Source: an uncultured Gammaproteobacteria bacterium
GTDB taxonomy: Bacteria; Patescibacteriota; Microgenomatia; Levybacterales; UBA12049
Assembly: GCA_964490105.1 (NCBI GenBank)
Contig: CAZAZU010000001.1
Span: 580,174-644,173 of the forward strand
Length of the DNA: 64,000 bases
Direction of reading: 5' to 3'
Shown piece by piece: positions 9,487 to 19,114 of this stretch. Position numbers and translations under genes: made by a program. Position 1 is the stretch's first letter. Each line of letters starts with the position of its first letter. The notes under the pieces are model-generated. The model was not told the DNA's origin, did not search any database, and saw only the letters and a program-made list of their open reading frames with translations.

Positions 9487-10211
9487 TATCCAGGGAAATT
9501 TTCTTTAAAAATATTTTCCTCTTCGATTTTCATCTTTTTTAATAAATCAAACATTGAATATTCAAACAACTCAGATCCCACAATAAAATATTTTGCTTTT
9601 TTAAAATCTAAAGAATATTTTTTTATTAAGTTTTCACTAATATGTCCTTTTTCAAATCTATCATTTTTATTAGATTCCATCGTTAAAGTATAAATTATTT
9701 TTATATTTTTATTCCTTGATTCAATATCTTTTAAATCTTCATAAAAAATAATATCTGACTCTTTTTTAAATGAAACAATTAATAATATTTTTGATTTTTC
9801 TTTTTTGGAGTCAATAAATTTTATTATTGAATGTGCAGGAGTCATACCAATGCCCCCAGCTAGAAAAATCTGCTCTCTGGTATCCTTAATATCAAAATCG
9901 AAATATCCGATTGGCCCAAATGCTCTAATTTTTTCTCCAGGATTTAAATTATTTAATTTTAATTTAAAAGAACTTTTTACAATCCTAGTTGTAATAACTA
10001 TAAAATCTTTATCAGCAGCGCTGGATGAAATTGTAAAATATCTTGATGTTCCTCTATCATCAGTTTTTTCAATATCTAAAAATATCTTCAAATATTGTCC
10101 CGGCAAAAAATTAAATTTTATTTTTTTCCTATCAAAATAAAACGAGTATGCATCGCTAGATACTTTTTCTTTTTTGAGATATGTTAATTCAAATTTTTGC
10201 GCCTTATTCAT
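9483..10211 (-). CDS. FAD/NAD(P)-binding oxidoreductase (ferredoxin-NADP reductase-like)
   Basis: 242 aa. FAD-binding RxYS/T motif (RYFTISS) and NAD-binding GGIGMTP motif. Confidence 0.6.
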   Translation of the reverse strand: MNKAQKFELTYLKKEKVSSDAYSFYFDRKKIKFNFLPGQYLKIFLDIEKTDDRGTSRYFTISSSAADKDFIVITTRIVKSSFKLKLNNLNPGEKIRAFGPIGYFDFDIKDTREQIFLAGGIGMTPAHSIIKFIDSKKEKSKILLIVSFKKESDIIFYEDLKDIESRNKNIKIIYTLTMESNKNDRFEKGHISENLIKKYSLDFKKAKYFIVGSELFEYSMFDLLKKMKIEEENIFKENFPGY

Positions 10212-10272
10212 TCTAATTTACGTTGATTATAGCAGTAAGTTATGCTAGAGTTAATAACACTCCGAAGCTCAA

Positions 10273-13140
10273 ATGGCAGACAAAAAACTCAACAAAGAAC
10301 AAACGGAAGCAATAAAACATGGCAAAGGTCCGCTTCTGATAATTGCCGGAGCAGGTACCGGAAAAACTACAGTTGTGACAGAAAGAATTAAGCATCTAAT
10401 TACAGATGAAAAAATTCTGCCTTCCTCTATCCTTGCATTAACTTTTACAGAAAAAGCGGCTTTTGAAATGCAGGAAAGGGTCGACAGACTTCTTCCTTAC
10501 GGATATACAAATCTTTGGATAAATACTTTTCATTCTTTTTGCGATCGCATTCTTAGAGACGAGGCTCATCAAATAGGACTTGACCCTAGCTACAAATTAA
10601 TTTCAGAATCTGAAGCAATACTTCTCATGCAAAAAAATATCTTCAATCTAGGATTAGAATTATTTCGTCCTCTCGGAAATCCCACAAAATTTCTCGATGG
10701 ATTATTAAAGCATTTCTCCCGTCTTAAAGATGAAGATATAACGCCTGTTGATTATATTAAATGGGCAAAAGGAAATAAAAATGCTGATGAAAAAGCTCAA
10801 TACATAGAACTTGCAAGCGCATATAAAAACTATGAAGAACTAAAAGTAAAAAATTCTTATATGGATTTCTCAGATCTTATTTCAAATTCTCTTATTTTAT
10901 TTAGAACTAGAAAAAATGTTTTAAAAAGATATCAAGACCAATTTAAATTTATAATGGTTGATGAATTCCAGGATACTAATTATGCGCAAAATGAACTGGC
11001 AATTCTCTTAGCGGGAGATGACAAAAATATTACTGTGGTTGCAGATGATGATCAATCTATTTACAGATTTAGAGGAGCCGCTATTAGTAACGTTCTACAG
11101 TTTAAAAAAAGTTTTCCTGAAGCAGAAATAATAACTCTAATTAAAAATTATCGATCAACTCAAACGATACTTGATTCTAGTTATGGCCTTATTCAAAAAA
11201 ATAATCCAAACAGGCTAGAAATAGTTGAAAGTATAAATAAAAAATTAATATCCCAGTCTAGCGCAAAAGATCAAAAAATAGAGCTAATTTATGAGCAAAG
11301 ATCAGAAGACGAAGCAGATGAAATCGCAAAAAAAATTACAGAGCTTACTAAAAAATATGAGTATAAAGACATAGCAATTCTAGTTAGAGCAAATAATCAT
11401 GCGCAACTTATTACAGGAGCACTTGGAAGACATAAAATTCCTTATCAATTTTTAGGTCCTGGTTATTTATTTCAACAAGAAGAAATTAAAGATTTAATTG
11501 CTTATTTAATTTTTTTAACAAATCTTTCAGATTCAATTTCCCTTTTTAGAGTTTTATCGATGGATATTTTTCAAATTCCCTATGTAGAATTAAATTATCT
11601 ATTAAATTATGCAAAGAAAAAAAATCTTACACTTTTTGAAACTTTAGAAAATTTAGATCAAGGTTTTCTTAAAGATGAAACAAAGGAAAAATTAGCAAAC
11701 TTTAGAAAAATGACAATCGTACATCTGGAAAAAAGCAAAAAAGAACAGGCGGGTCAGATTCTTTATGACTTCTTAATTGATTCAGGACTATATAAAACTC
11801 TGAATGAAACCGACTCTGTAAAAGATGAAAGAAAAGTTCAAAACATTGCAAAATTTTTTGATAGAATTAAAAATTTTGAAACAGAAAGAACGGATGCAAA
11901 TATTTTTACGCTCACTGAATGGCTAAACCTCATGCTTCAAATCGGTGACAGTCCTACTGCTGCCGATGTAGACATAAGAGATAGAAATGCAGTAAATATT
12001 CTAACAGTTCATTCTTCTAAGGGATTAGAATTTGATGTAGTTTTCTTAGTTAATCTTGTATCAGATAGATTTCCCTCCCGCGAAAGATCTGAGAAAATTC
12101 CTCTTCCCCCTGAACTTATAAAAGAAAAATTGGTAGCTGAAACTGATTTTCATTTAGAAGAAGAGAGAAGGCTTTTTTATGTTGGAATGACAAGAGCCCG
12201 GGAAAGACTATTCTTTACAGCTGCAGATTTTTATGGAACCGGGAAAAGAGCTAAGAAAATTTCTCCTTTTATATTTGAGGCATTACCAGAACTTGAAAAA
12301 GACGGAGAAGCGAAAAAAAGTGTCAAGCAACTTTCATTAACTGAAGTTCTTTCTTCATATGAAAATAACGAAGAAATTGAAGAAACAAAACAAAACTTTA
12401 AAGTAAGCTATATTACATTTTCAAACCTTCAGATGTTTGATATTTGCCCGCTCCATTATAAAGCTAGAGTGATATTTAATATCCCAACTCCTGCTACATC
12501 AGCACAAAGCTTTGGAATAACAATTCATAAAACTCTTCAAAATTTTTATAAATTAGTGCAGGATACAAATAAATTTCCAAAAGAAGATGAACTTCAAAAA
12601 ATCCTTAAAGAAGAGTGGGATAGTGAGGGATATGTAAATAAAAAACATGAAGAGGAGAGATTTATACAGGCGAAAAAGAACTTAAGCGATTTTTATAATT
12701 CGGAAATAAAAGATTCAGTAATCCCATTAAGACTTGAATACCCTTTCAATTTTACTTTAAAAAATGGCGTGAAAGTATTTGGAAAAATTGACAGAATTGA
12801 TCCAAAGGGAAAAGGAATAGAAATAATTGATTATAAAACCGGCGGAGATAATCCAAAGGCAGATGTTGCGCATAAATTACAGCTGGCTATCTATGCTCTG
12901 GCTGCTAGCAGAATTAAAGATGACGTTCTAAATAAAAATGCTTTAGATATTACTCTTACGCTTCATTTTCTAGAAGGAAATACAAAAAAATCTATGAACT
13001 TTTCAAATGATGATCTTGAAAAGCTCGAGGATGATCTAATTCAAAAGATTTCAGAAATAGAAAGTAGCGATTTTAAGTGCTCAGGCTCAGTACTTTGTGT
13101 TAATTGTGAATACAAAATGCTTTGCAATACTATAAGCTGA
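10273..13140 (+). CDS. UvrD/PcrA-family SF1 helicase fused to a C-terminal PD-(D/E)xK (Cas4/AddB-like) Fe-S nuclease domain
   Basis: 955 aa. Walker A GAGTGKTT, motif II DEFQDTN, and a C-terminal ...IIDYKTGG... plus a four-Cys cluster (CPLHY...CSGSVLCVNCEYKMLC) typical of RecB/Cas4-like nuclease domains. Confidence 0.8.
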   Translation: MADKKLNKEQTEAIKHGKGPLLIIAGAGTGKTTVVTERIKHLITDEKILPSSILALTFTEKAAFEMQERVDRLLPYGYTNLWINTFHSFCDRILRDEAHQIGLDPSYKLISESEAILLMQKNIFNLGLELFRPLGNPTKFLDGLLKHFSRLKDEDITPVDYIKWAKGNKNADEKAQYIELASAYKNYEELKVKNSYMDFSDLISNSLILFRTRKNVLKRYQDQFKFIMVDEFQDTNYAQNELAILLAGDDKNITVVADDDQSIYRFRGAAISNVLQFKKSFPEAEIITLIKNYRSTQTILDSSYGLIQKNNPNRLEIVESINKKLISQSSAKDQKIELIYEQRSEDEADEIAKKITELTKKYEYKDIAILVRANNHAQLITGALGRHKIPYQFLGPGYLFQQEEIKDLIAYLIFLTNLSDSISLFRVLSMDIFQIPYVELNYLLNYAKKKNLTLFETLENLDQGFLKDETKEKLANFRKMTIVHLEKSKKEQAGQILYDFLIDSGLYKTLNETDSVKDERKVQNIAKFFDRIKNFETERTDANIFTLTEWLNLMLQIGDSPTAADVDIRDRNAVNILTVHSSKGLEFDVVFLVNLVSDRFPSRERSEKIPLPPELIKEKLVAETDFHLEEERRLFYVGMTRARERLFFTAADFYGTGKRAKKISPFIFEALPELEKDGEAKKSVKQLSLTEVLSSYENNEEIEETKQNFKVSYITFSNLQMFDICPLHYKARVIFNIPTPATSAQSFGITIHKTLQNFYKLVQDTNKFPKEDELQKILKEEWDSEGYVNKKHEEERFIQAKKNLSDFYNSEIKDSVIPLRLEYPFNFTLKNGVKVFGKIDRIDPKGKGIEIIDYKTGGDNPKADVAHKLQLAIYALAASRIKDDVLNKNALDITLTLHFLEGNTKKSMNFSNDDLEKLEDDLIQKISEIESSDFKCSGSVLCVNCEYKMLCNTIS

Positions 13141-13155
13141 TATGGTATAATTCAT

Positions 13156-13513
13156 GTGCCGGGAAGAAGATCTGCTACTACGTTCAGTTAAATGAACGTA
13201 GAGGAAAGTCCAGACAGATCTTAAAACGGGGATGGAGCATAAGCTCCGACTAGCAATAGCTGGTGATCAAATTCTTACCCTATTAAACGGAATTTGATAC
13301 AGGTTTTGAATTGACAAAACTTGAGAGCAACAGAGACGAATAGGGGTGAAACGGGCAATCCTACCTGCTGCAACCTATGACCGATGCGTTTGAGCTTTTT
13401 TAAGGCGAGCATCAAAAATAGGGCATCCTGATAATATCAGGGCAAGTGACTAAGCATCACATTGAGAAAGATTGCAGAATAAAACAGAATCTGGCTTACT
13501 ACCTTCCCGGCAA
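13156..13513 (+). ncRNA. rnpB: RNase P RNA, bacterial type A
   Basis: P4 strands: 5' GAGGAAAGTCCAGACAG and 3' ACAGAATCTGGCTTAC. AGGGGTGAAACGG motif. P1 formed by GCCGGGAAG...CTTCCCGGC. About 358 nt, GC-rich relative to the genome. Confidence 0.8.
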
Positions 13514-13515
13514 TT

Positions 13516-13788
13516 TTACTTCACTGCTTTTTTAAGAGTTTTTCCAGGAGTAAAACCAGGCGCACGACGAGCGGGTAGTGTAATTTTTTCTCCGGTTTTT
13601 GGATTTCTCCCAGGGCGCTCCGATCTGTTTCTTATGCTAAATGTTCCGAAGCCTGTGATTACCACTTTTTCACCTCTTTTTAAAGAATCTCTAATTCCAT
13701 TTAACATCGCAGTTACAGAATCACCTGCTGCTTTATTTGTTAAGTTTGCTTTTTTAGCAACTACAACTATTAAGTCTTTTTTTGTCAA
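13516..13788 (-). CDS. hup: DNA-binding protein HU
   Basis: 90 aa: MTKKDLI...GFGTFSIRNRSERPGRNPKTGEKI, the conserved HU/IHF arm. Confidence 0.85.
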   Translation of the reverse strand: MTKKDLIVVVAKKANLTNKAAGDSVTAMLNGIRDSLKRGEKVVITGFGTFSIRNRSERPGRNPKTGEKITLPARRAPGFTPGKTLKKAVK

Positions 13789-13893
13789 AGATAATCACCT
13801 CCCTTAGTAAATTCAAAATAAATTAATTTGAAGAATTGGCCGATTAGACTAACAATACAGGGCAAACGAATATGCTGTCAAGAGGGATGAAAT

Positions 13894-15150
13894 TTACTCA
13901 TTTCCGGAGACTGCACGAAACTCTCTAATTGCTGTTACTTTTACTTCTCCAGGGATTGCAAGAGACCTGCTTACCTCTTCTCTAATTTTATCTGCTATGA
14001 GTGTTGTTTCAGCGTCGCTGAGTTTTCCTGGATTTATTATTACTCGAAGTTCTCGTCCTGCTTCAAAAGCATACGCATCCTCAACTCCGTCATATTTTTT
14101 AGCAATATCTTCCATCTCTGTAAGCCTTACACCGTACTCCTCTACATCTTCATACCTCGCCCCAGGACGTGCACCTGAAATCTGATCAGCAACGTGTACT
14201 ATAACTGACTCGACTGAGGAAAAAGGTATATCTTCGTGATGCTGAGCAACACAGTCAATTATCGGCTGTGGAATATTATGCTTCTTTAAAAGATCTACAC
14301 CTAATTTTACGTGACTTCCTTCTCCAGGAACTACTTTTCCAATATCATGAAGCATACAAGCGATTCTAACAATATTTACATCTGCGCCCACTTCCTCAGC
14401 TATATGTGTTCCTATTTTTGCAGTTTCGAGTAAATGAAGTGTTAGATTTTGGCCATATGAAGTTCTGAATTTTGCCCTTCCTAAAATTCCAATTAAATCT
14501 GCTGGGAGATTAAATACTCCGACTTCGTGGGAAAGTTTTTCTCCCTCTTCAAACATTACTTTTTCAACTTCTTTTTTTGTTTCCTCAACTATTTCTTCAA
14601 TTCTAAAAGGTTGAACTCTGGTATCTTTTATAAGCTTCTCAAGCGAACGACGAGCAATCTCTCTTCGTACTTGATCAAAAGATGAAAGACGAATTACTCC
14701 TTCTTCATCTAGATCTACATCTACTCCAGTTGCCTGCTCAAAAGCTCTTATATTTCTTCCTTCTTTTCCAATAATTCTCCCCTTTATTTCCTCATCTGGA
14801 ATTCTAACGATACTTACTGTATATTCTGGAATGTAACTTACGGCTCCGTGACGCATAGATTCAACTACTATTTCTTGAGCTTTCTTGTCCGCAGTTCTTT
14901 TTGCTTCTCCTTCACGCTCTTTAATTATTTTTGCTAGAGTCTGAACTTCTCTTTCCTCAACTTGAGCAAGTAATTCTTTTCTTGCTTCCTCAGAGGTCAG
15001 ACTTGAAACTTTTTGGAGCTTATCAGTATATTCATCTTTCTTTTTTTGTAATTCTTTTTTTTCGCGCTCTAACTCCTCCCGATCATTTTCGAGCTTTTCC
15101 TGTCTTTCAATTAGCTTTTTTTCGAGCGCTATAAGGTCTTGATCTGCCAT
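13894..15150 (-). CDS. rny: Ribonuclease Y (KH + HD domains), apparently lacking the N-terminal TM
   Basis: 418 aa. Coiled coil, KH (IIGKEGRNIRAFEQATGVDVDLD) and HD domain (LHDIGK...HHEDIPFSSVES). Confidence 0.75.
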   Translation of the reverse strand: MADQDLIALEKKLIERQEKLENDREELEREKKELQKKKDEYTDKLQKVSSLTSEEARKELLAQVEEREVQTLAKIIKEREGEAKRTADKKAQEIVVESMRHGAVSYIPEYTVSIVRIPDEEIKGRIIGKEGRNIRAFEQATGVDVDLDEEGVIRLSSFDQVRREIARRSLEKLIKDTRVQPFRIEEIVEETKKEVEKVMFEEGEKLSHEVGVFNLPADLIGILGRAKFRTSYGQNLTLHLLETAKIGTHIAEEVGADVNIVRIACMLHDIGKVVPGEGSHVKLGVDLLKKHNIPQPIIDCVAQHHEDIPFSSVESVIVHVADQISGARPGARYEDVEEYGVRLTEMEDIAKKYDGVEDAYAFEAGRELRVIINPGKLSDAETTLIADKIREEVSRSLAIPGEVKVTAIREFRAVSGNE

Positions 15151-15289
15151 AGGTTTTAAACACGAAGAAATCCCGATTAGATCGGGGAGCTTATACTCTT
15201 ATCAATTGGAGGTTTAATTTAGAATTCATACCTTCACTGACAATTTCTTTGTCAAACGTATTATATAATATTCTTACCAAAAATCAAAA

Positions 15290-15760
15290 TTAATCAAAAA
15301 TCTTTTTAATTATTTCATAGTTAAATCCCCGTCTAATTAAAAATCCAGTAACTTTCTCGCGCCTCTTCTTAGGATCCAAATTTCTGTAAAAATCTAATTT
15401 CTTCGAAGCAAGGTTTTTTGCATTCTCTAAATCTAAATCCTTAACATCAAATTCAACTAAAATCTCCTCCACAATGTCTCTGCTAATTCCCTTCTGGCTT
15501 AATTCATATTCAATTACCCGAATCGGTTTTTTCTTAAATTTGGTTCTCTGCTCAATCCAAAACTTGGCAAACTCAGAATCATTAATAAATTTATATTCCT
15601 TAAGCTTTCCCATGATCTGACTAATAACGGCTTCACTTAAATTAGGGGCTTTTTCCTGCTTCTTTTTAAGATATTCCAAAACTTCTTTTTCGGATCTAGG
15701 TCGATACGAAAGATAGCGAAGGACTAAATTATAGTAGCGGGCAAATGTAGTATTATCCAT
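15290..15760 (-). CDS. recX: RecA regulator RecX
   Basis: 156 aa: [26 protein letters not shown], RecX-like repeats. Overlaps the recA 3' end by 8 nt. Confidence 0.7.
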   Translation of the reverse strand: MDNTTFARYYNLVLRYLSYRPRSEKEVLEYLKKKQEKAPNLSEAVISQIMGKLKEYKFINDSEFAKFWIEQRTKFKKKPIRVIEYELSQKGISRDIVEEILVEFDVKDLDLENAKNLASKKLDFYRNLDPKKRREKVTGFLIRRGFNYEIIKKIFD

Positions 15761-16859
15761 TTAAAGATTCCTGAGCATCAGAATCTTTATCATCTTCAAC
15801 ACCAACTTCAACTAAAGTCCCGCCAGTTTTATTTTTCTTCATAATTTCCCCTGTTATTTTATTTGCAAGTGTTGAATTTTCTTTAAGATATTCTTTTGCA
15901 GCTTCCTTTCCCTGTCCTAACATTTCATCTCCATATCTATAAAATGCCCCTGACTTAGAAATAATTCCCAACTCAAGTCCAACGTCAATTAATGCGCCGG
16001 TCCTAGAAACCCCATCCTGCATCACATCATACTCTGCAATCCTAAATGGAGATGAAACCTTATTTTTTACAATCTTTACTCGGTGCCTAGATCCGATAAC
16101 TCTGTCTCCATCTTTTAAAGTCTCTATCTTTCGAGAATCAAGTCTTACGGAAGCATAAAACTTAAGCGCGAGTCCTCCAGTCGTAGTCTCAGGATTCCCA
16201 AACATCACACCAATTTTTTGTCTGAGCTGATTGGTAAATACCACAACTGTTTTTGATTTAGAAATTGCACCGGTTAATTTTCGAAGAGCCTGAGACATAA
16301 GGCGGGCATGAAGGCCCATCATTGAGTCTCCCATCTCTCCTTCTATCTCAGCGCGTGGCACTAGAGCCGCTACAGAATCAATTACGAGAACATCAATTCC
16401 GCCTGAACGGATAAGACTTTCTGCGATCTCGAGTGCCTGCTCTCCGGTGTCAGGCTGAGAGATTAATAATTCATCGAGCTTAACTCCAATAGTTTGCGCC
16501 CAAATCGGATCTAGTGCATGCTCCGCATCTACAAAAGCTGCAACTCCTCCTGCTTTTTGCGCTTCTGCGATAAGTGAGAGAGCGAGTGTAGTTTTTCCAG
16601 AGGCTTCTGGTCCATAAATTTCTATAATTCTGCCCCTAGGAAGTCCTCCAACTCCAAGAGCTATATCTACTGGAAGAATCCCCGTAGGAATGACCTGTAT
16701 ATCAAACTTTTGAGTACTCTCACCCATGCGCATGATAGAACCTCTACCATACTGCTTTTCAATTTGCTCCATTGCAAGACGCACAGCATCCAGCTTAGAA
16801 GATTGTTCTGACATTTGACCGTTATTAAGTGAAGTTTTAGGAGTCCTGCCCATCGTCAA
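15753..16859 (-). CDS. recA: Recombinase RecA
   Basis: 368 aa. Walker [13 protein letters not shown], plus ...[10 protein letters not shown] and [10 protein letters not shown]. Carries a roughly 25-aa N-terminal extension relative to typical RecA, so the true start may be internal. Confidence 0.95.
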   Translation of the reverse strand: MTMGRTPKTSLNNGQMSEQSSKLDAVRLAMEQIEKQYGRGSIMRMGESTQKFDIQVIPTGILPVDIALGVGGLPRGRIIEIYGPEASGKTTLALSLIAEAQKAGGVAAFVDAEHALDPIWAQTIGVKLDELLISQPDTGEQALEIAESLIRSGGIDVLVIDSVAALVPRAEIEGEMGDSMMGLHARLMSQALRKLTGAISKSKTVVVFTNQLRQKIGVMFGNPETTTGGLALKFYASVRLDSRKIETLKDGDRVIGSRHRVKIVKNKVSSPFRIAEYDVMQDGVSRTGALIDVGLELGIISKSGAFYRYGDEMLGQGKEAAKEYLKENSTLANKITGEIMKKNKTGGTLVEVGVEDDKDSDAQESLNG

Positions 16860-16941
16860 TGATTGTAAAGTGAATTTCTAAAAAATACAAGAACCTTTTT
16901 TGATATTTTGTAGCTCAAACTATGCTAAAATTATGGGCACA

Positions 16942-17012
16942 CGGGGTATAGTTTAGTGGTAGAATGCGCGGCTGGGGGCCGTGTGGTTCAAGTTCGATTC
17001 TTGATACCCCGA
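16942..17012 (+). tRNA. tRNA-Pro, anticodon GGG
   Basis: Manual fold: acceptor CGGGGTA/TACCCCG with the C1:G72 pair characteristic of bacterial tRNA-Pro. T-arm TCAAG-TTCGATT-CTTGA. Anticodon loop CTGGGGG with U33. Discriminator A; no encoded CCA. Confidence 0.7.
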
Positions 17013-17031
17013 CATTTGGTATAGTATGCAT

Positions 17032-17787
17032 ATGAGTATAGATGAAATTTCAGAAGTTCCCGCACAAGATCAAGAATTAAAAACCACAAAGCCAGCTTCT
17101 CCATCAGCTCTAATCCCACTAATGGATGTTGGTTTTGCTAATGAAGAACCAATGGACCCCGTAGTCAAAAAAAGGATAGCAGATGTTACCCTAACTTTAC
17201 TTGCAAAAGGTGAAAACATAAACCCATTTATCATTAGGTATTTTGAGAACCCTAGACTATTTAATGCTCTCCCACCCGAATTAAGAGATAGTGATCAAGC
17301 ACTTGGTGAATACATAACAAATACAGGTAGATTTGATGACCTTATTCACAGGGAAAGACAAGCTAGATGGCAGGGAGATATTACAGGATTATTTGGAGAA
17401 GAAGTTCATGCGCCCGAAGTCCCACATGCTGATGGCAGAACTAGAAAATCTGAAAGCGGATATAAAATTAATATTGACGGATTATCAGCTAAGGGAGTTG
17501 ATCCAGCAAAAGTGCTCTTTTTTAGGCTTACACAACCAGCAGATGATTTACCTAAACCCGAGTATTATTGGACATCAGATTTTAGCGAAACTTCTCACGG
17601 ACTAAATATGGAGGTTTCTCCTGAAAAAAGATCTAAGGCTGTGATATTAGTAGACAGCCTGGATAATATAAATAAAAATGGAGGATTAATACAGGATATA
17701 AATGATGACAGAGGACTCGCGGTAAGACAAATAGGAACTGCACCCTATGATCAAGGCGGTGTTATTGCTAAAATACCAGCTGCATAA
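17032..17787 (+). CDS. Hypothetical protein, no recognisable domain; probable leaderless start
   Basis: ORF 17026..17787. An extended -10 (TGgTATAGT, 17017-17025) abuts the first ATG, so the ATG at 17032 (MSIDEISE...) is the likely leaderless start. Composition is richer in A, R, G and P than neighbouring genes. Confidence 0.4.
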   Translation: MSIDEISEVPAQDQELKTTKPASPSALIPLMDVGFANEEPMDPVVKKRIADVTLTLLAKGENINPFIIRYFENPRLFNALPPELRDSDQALGEYITNTGRFDDLIHRERQARWQGDITGLFGEEVHAPEVPHADGRTRKSESGYKINIDGLSAKGVDPAKVLFFRLTQPADDLPKPEYYWTSDFSETSHGLNMEVSPEKRSKAVILVDSLDNINKNGGLIQDINDDRGLAVRQIGTAPYDQGGVIAKIPAA

Positions 17788-17827
17788 ATTTGTTCTTTAG
17801 CCTCGTTTCCACTATAATTAACACCTA

Positions 17828-18574
17828 ATGAAAGATCTTTCTCAGAAAAAAGAAGAAGCTATAAAAAAATTCCCAGTACTCGGAAAAATCCCCGATGAAA
17901 ATTTCCCAGAACACATTTTTATAATTCCTGATGGAAATAGAAGGTTTGCTAAGAATAATAATAGGCCCTCGTTTTGGGGACATGAAAAAGGATTTAAAGT
18001 AGCCATTAATTTACTTAGATTTTTTAGACCATTCTCCATAAAAACAGTTACACTTTGGGGATTTTCATCAGATAACTGGAAAAGAGATGAGTCTGAAATT
18101 AATAATTTAATGCGAATTTTTGGATTTATAATTGATAATTATTTAGATGAAATTAAAGAATATAATTCAAGATTTGTTCACCTTGGACGTCGTGACAGAT
18201 TGCCAAAAAAATTACTTGAAAAAATAGAAAAAGCAGAAGAAGAAACTAAAAATAATACGGGCCAAATAGTTTGCCTTGCTCTAGATTTTGGCGGAGAAGA
18301 CTCAAATGTTAGGACTGCAAAAAAAGCGCGCGAAACAAGTATTGAAATTGACGAGGAGTCTATTTGGAAATTAAGAGATACCGAAGGCTTGATTAGATCT
18401 GCAGATTTAATTTTTAGAACATCAGAGAGAAGGACATCTGACATAGGCTTTCTGAACGGAAAACATTCAGTGTTATATTTTGCAGAAGAAAAATTATTCC
18501 CAGAGGTAACTGAGGAAGATTTAGTAAAAGCAATTAATTACTATTCCCAAACAAAAAGAAATGAAGGGAAATAA
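17828..18574 (+). CDS. uppS: Undecaprenyl diphosphate synthase (cis-isoprenyl transferase)
   Basis: 248 aa: IIPDGNRRFAKNN...GHEKGF...TLWGFSSDNWKR, the UppS signature. Confidence 0.85.
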   Translation: MKDLSQKKEEAIKKFPVLGKIPDENFPEHIFIIPDGNRRFAKNNNRPSFWGHEKGFKVAINLLRFFRPFSIKTVTLWGFSSDNWKRDESEINNLMRIFGFIIDNYLDEIKEYNSRFVHLGRRDRLPKKLLEKIEKAEEETKNNTGQIVCLALDFGGEDSNVRTAKKARETSIEIDEESIWKLRDTEGLIRSADLIFRTSERRTSDIGFLNGKHSVLYFAEEKLFPEVTEEDLVKAINYYSQTKRNEGK

Positions 18575-19114
18575 ATGCTAGATTATTACAAAGAAAAACA
18601 ATTCATAGCTAAAGTTAACGAAACTGGAGAAATAATTGGAGAAATTGAAAAATGGGAAGCACACAAAAAAGGAATTCTACATAAGGCCTTAACAGTCACA
18701 TTAATCTACAAAGGAAAATTTATAGTTCAACACAGAAAACACCCCGCATTCGATAGGGTCTATGATGTAACCTCTTCATCTCATCAGTTATTTAGTGAAG
18801 GTAAACTTCAAACAACTGAAGAAGCGACGCTAAAATGCTTGGAAAGAGAATGGAATTTAGACAAAAAATATTTAAGTAATTTAAAAAATCTGGGAGCAAT
18901 TTACTATAAAGCAAAAGACCAGAAAAGTGAATTTACAGAACATGAACTTTGTGATGTTGTAACCGTAGAAGTTCAAAGTAAACCAGAGCCTAATTTAGAT
19001 TTTTCGTATGACGCTTTATTAGTGAGTAGAGAGGAACTTATGGATAAAAAATCTAGAATATATAAAAACCTTGCTCCTTGGGTAAAAGTAATGATTGAGG
19101 AAAATAAAATCTAA
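18575..19114 (+). CDS. Nudix-fold protein resembling type-1 isopentenyl-diphosphate isomerase (IDI-like), degenerate catalytic motifs
   Basis: 179 aa. ILHKALTVTLIYKGKFIVQHR...DVTSSSHQ aligns with IDI LHRAFS...TNSxCxHP, but the catalytic Cys position is Ser and the Nudix box is degenerate. Start overlaps the uppS stop (TAAATG). Confidence 0.45.
   Translation: MLDYYKEKQFIAKVNETGEIIGEIEKWEAHKKGILHKALTVTLIYKGKFIVQHRKHPAFDRVYDVTSSSHQLFSEGKLQTTEEATLKCLEREWNLDKKYLSNLKNLGAIYYKAKDQKSEFTEHELCDVVTVEVQSKPEPNLDFSYDALLVSREELMDKKSRIYKNLAPWVKVMIEENKI

Noticed and set aside
10541-10550. GCGATCGC (HIP1-like palindrome), also near 60589-60596, and the ATCGCGAT / GCGATCGCGG inverted repeat at 60541-60600
   Set aside because: Only two copies of the octamer in 64 kb, so not an iterated element. 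The 60.5-kb inverted repeat lies within or near the 3' end of the zincin-like gene without a following U-tract.
13472-13807. 111-aa + strand ORF
   Set aside because: Antisense to hup and overlapping the rnpB 3' end; no coding signal of its own.
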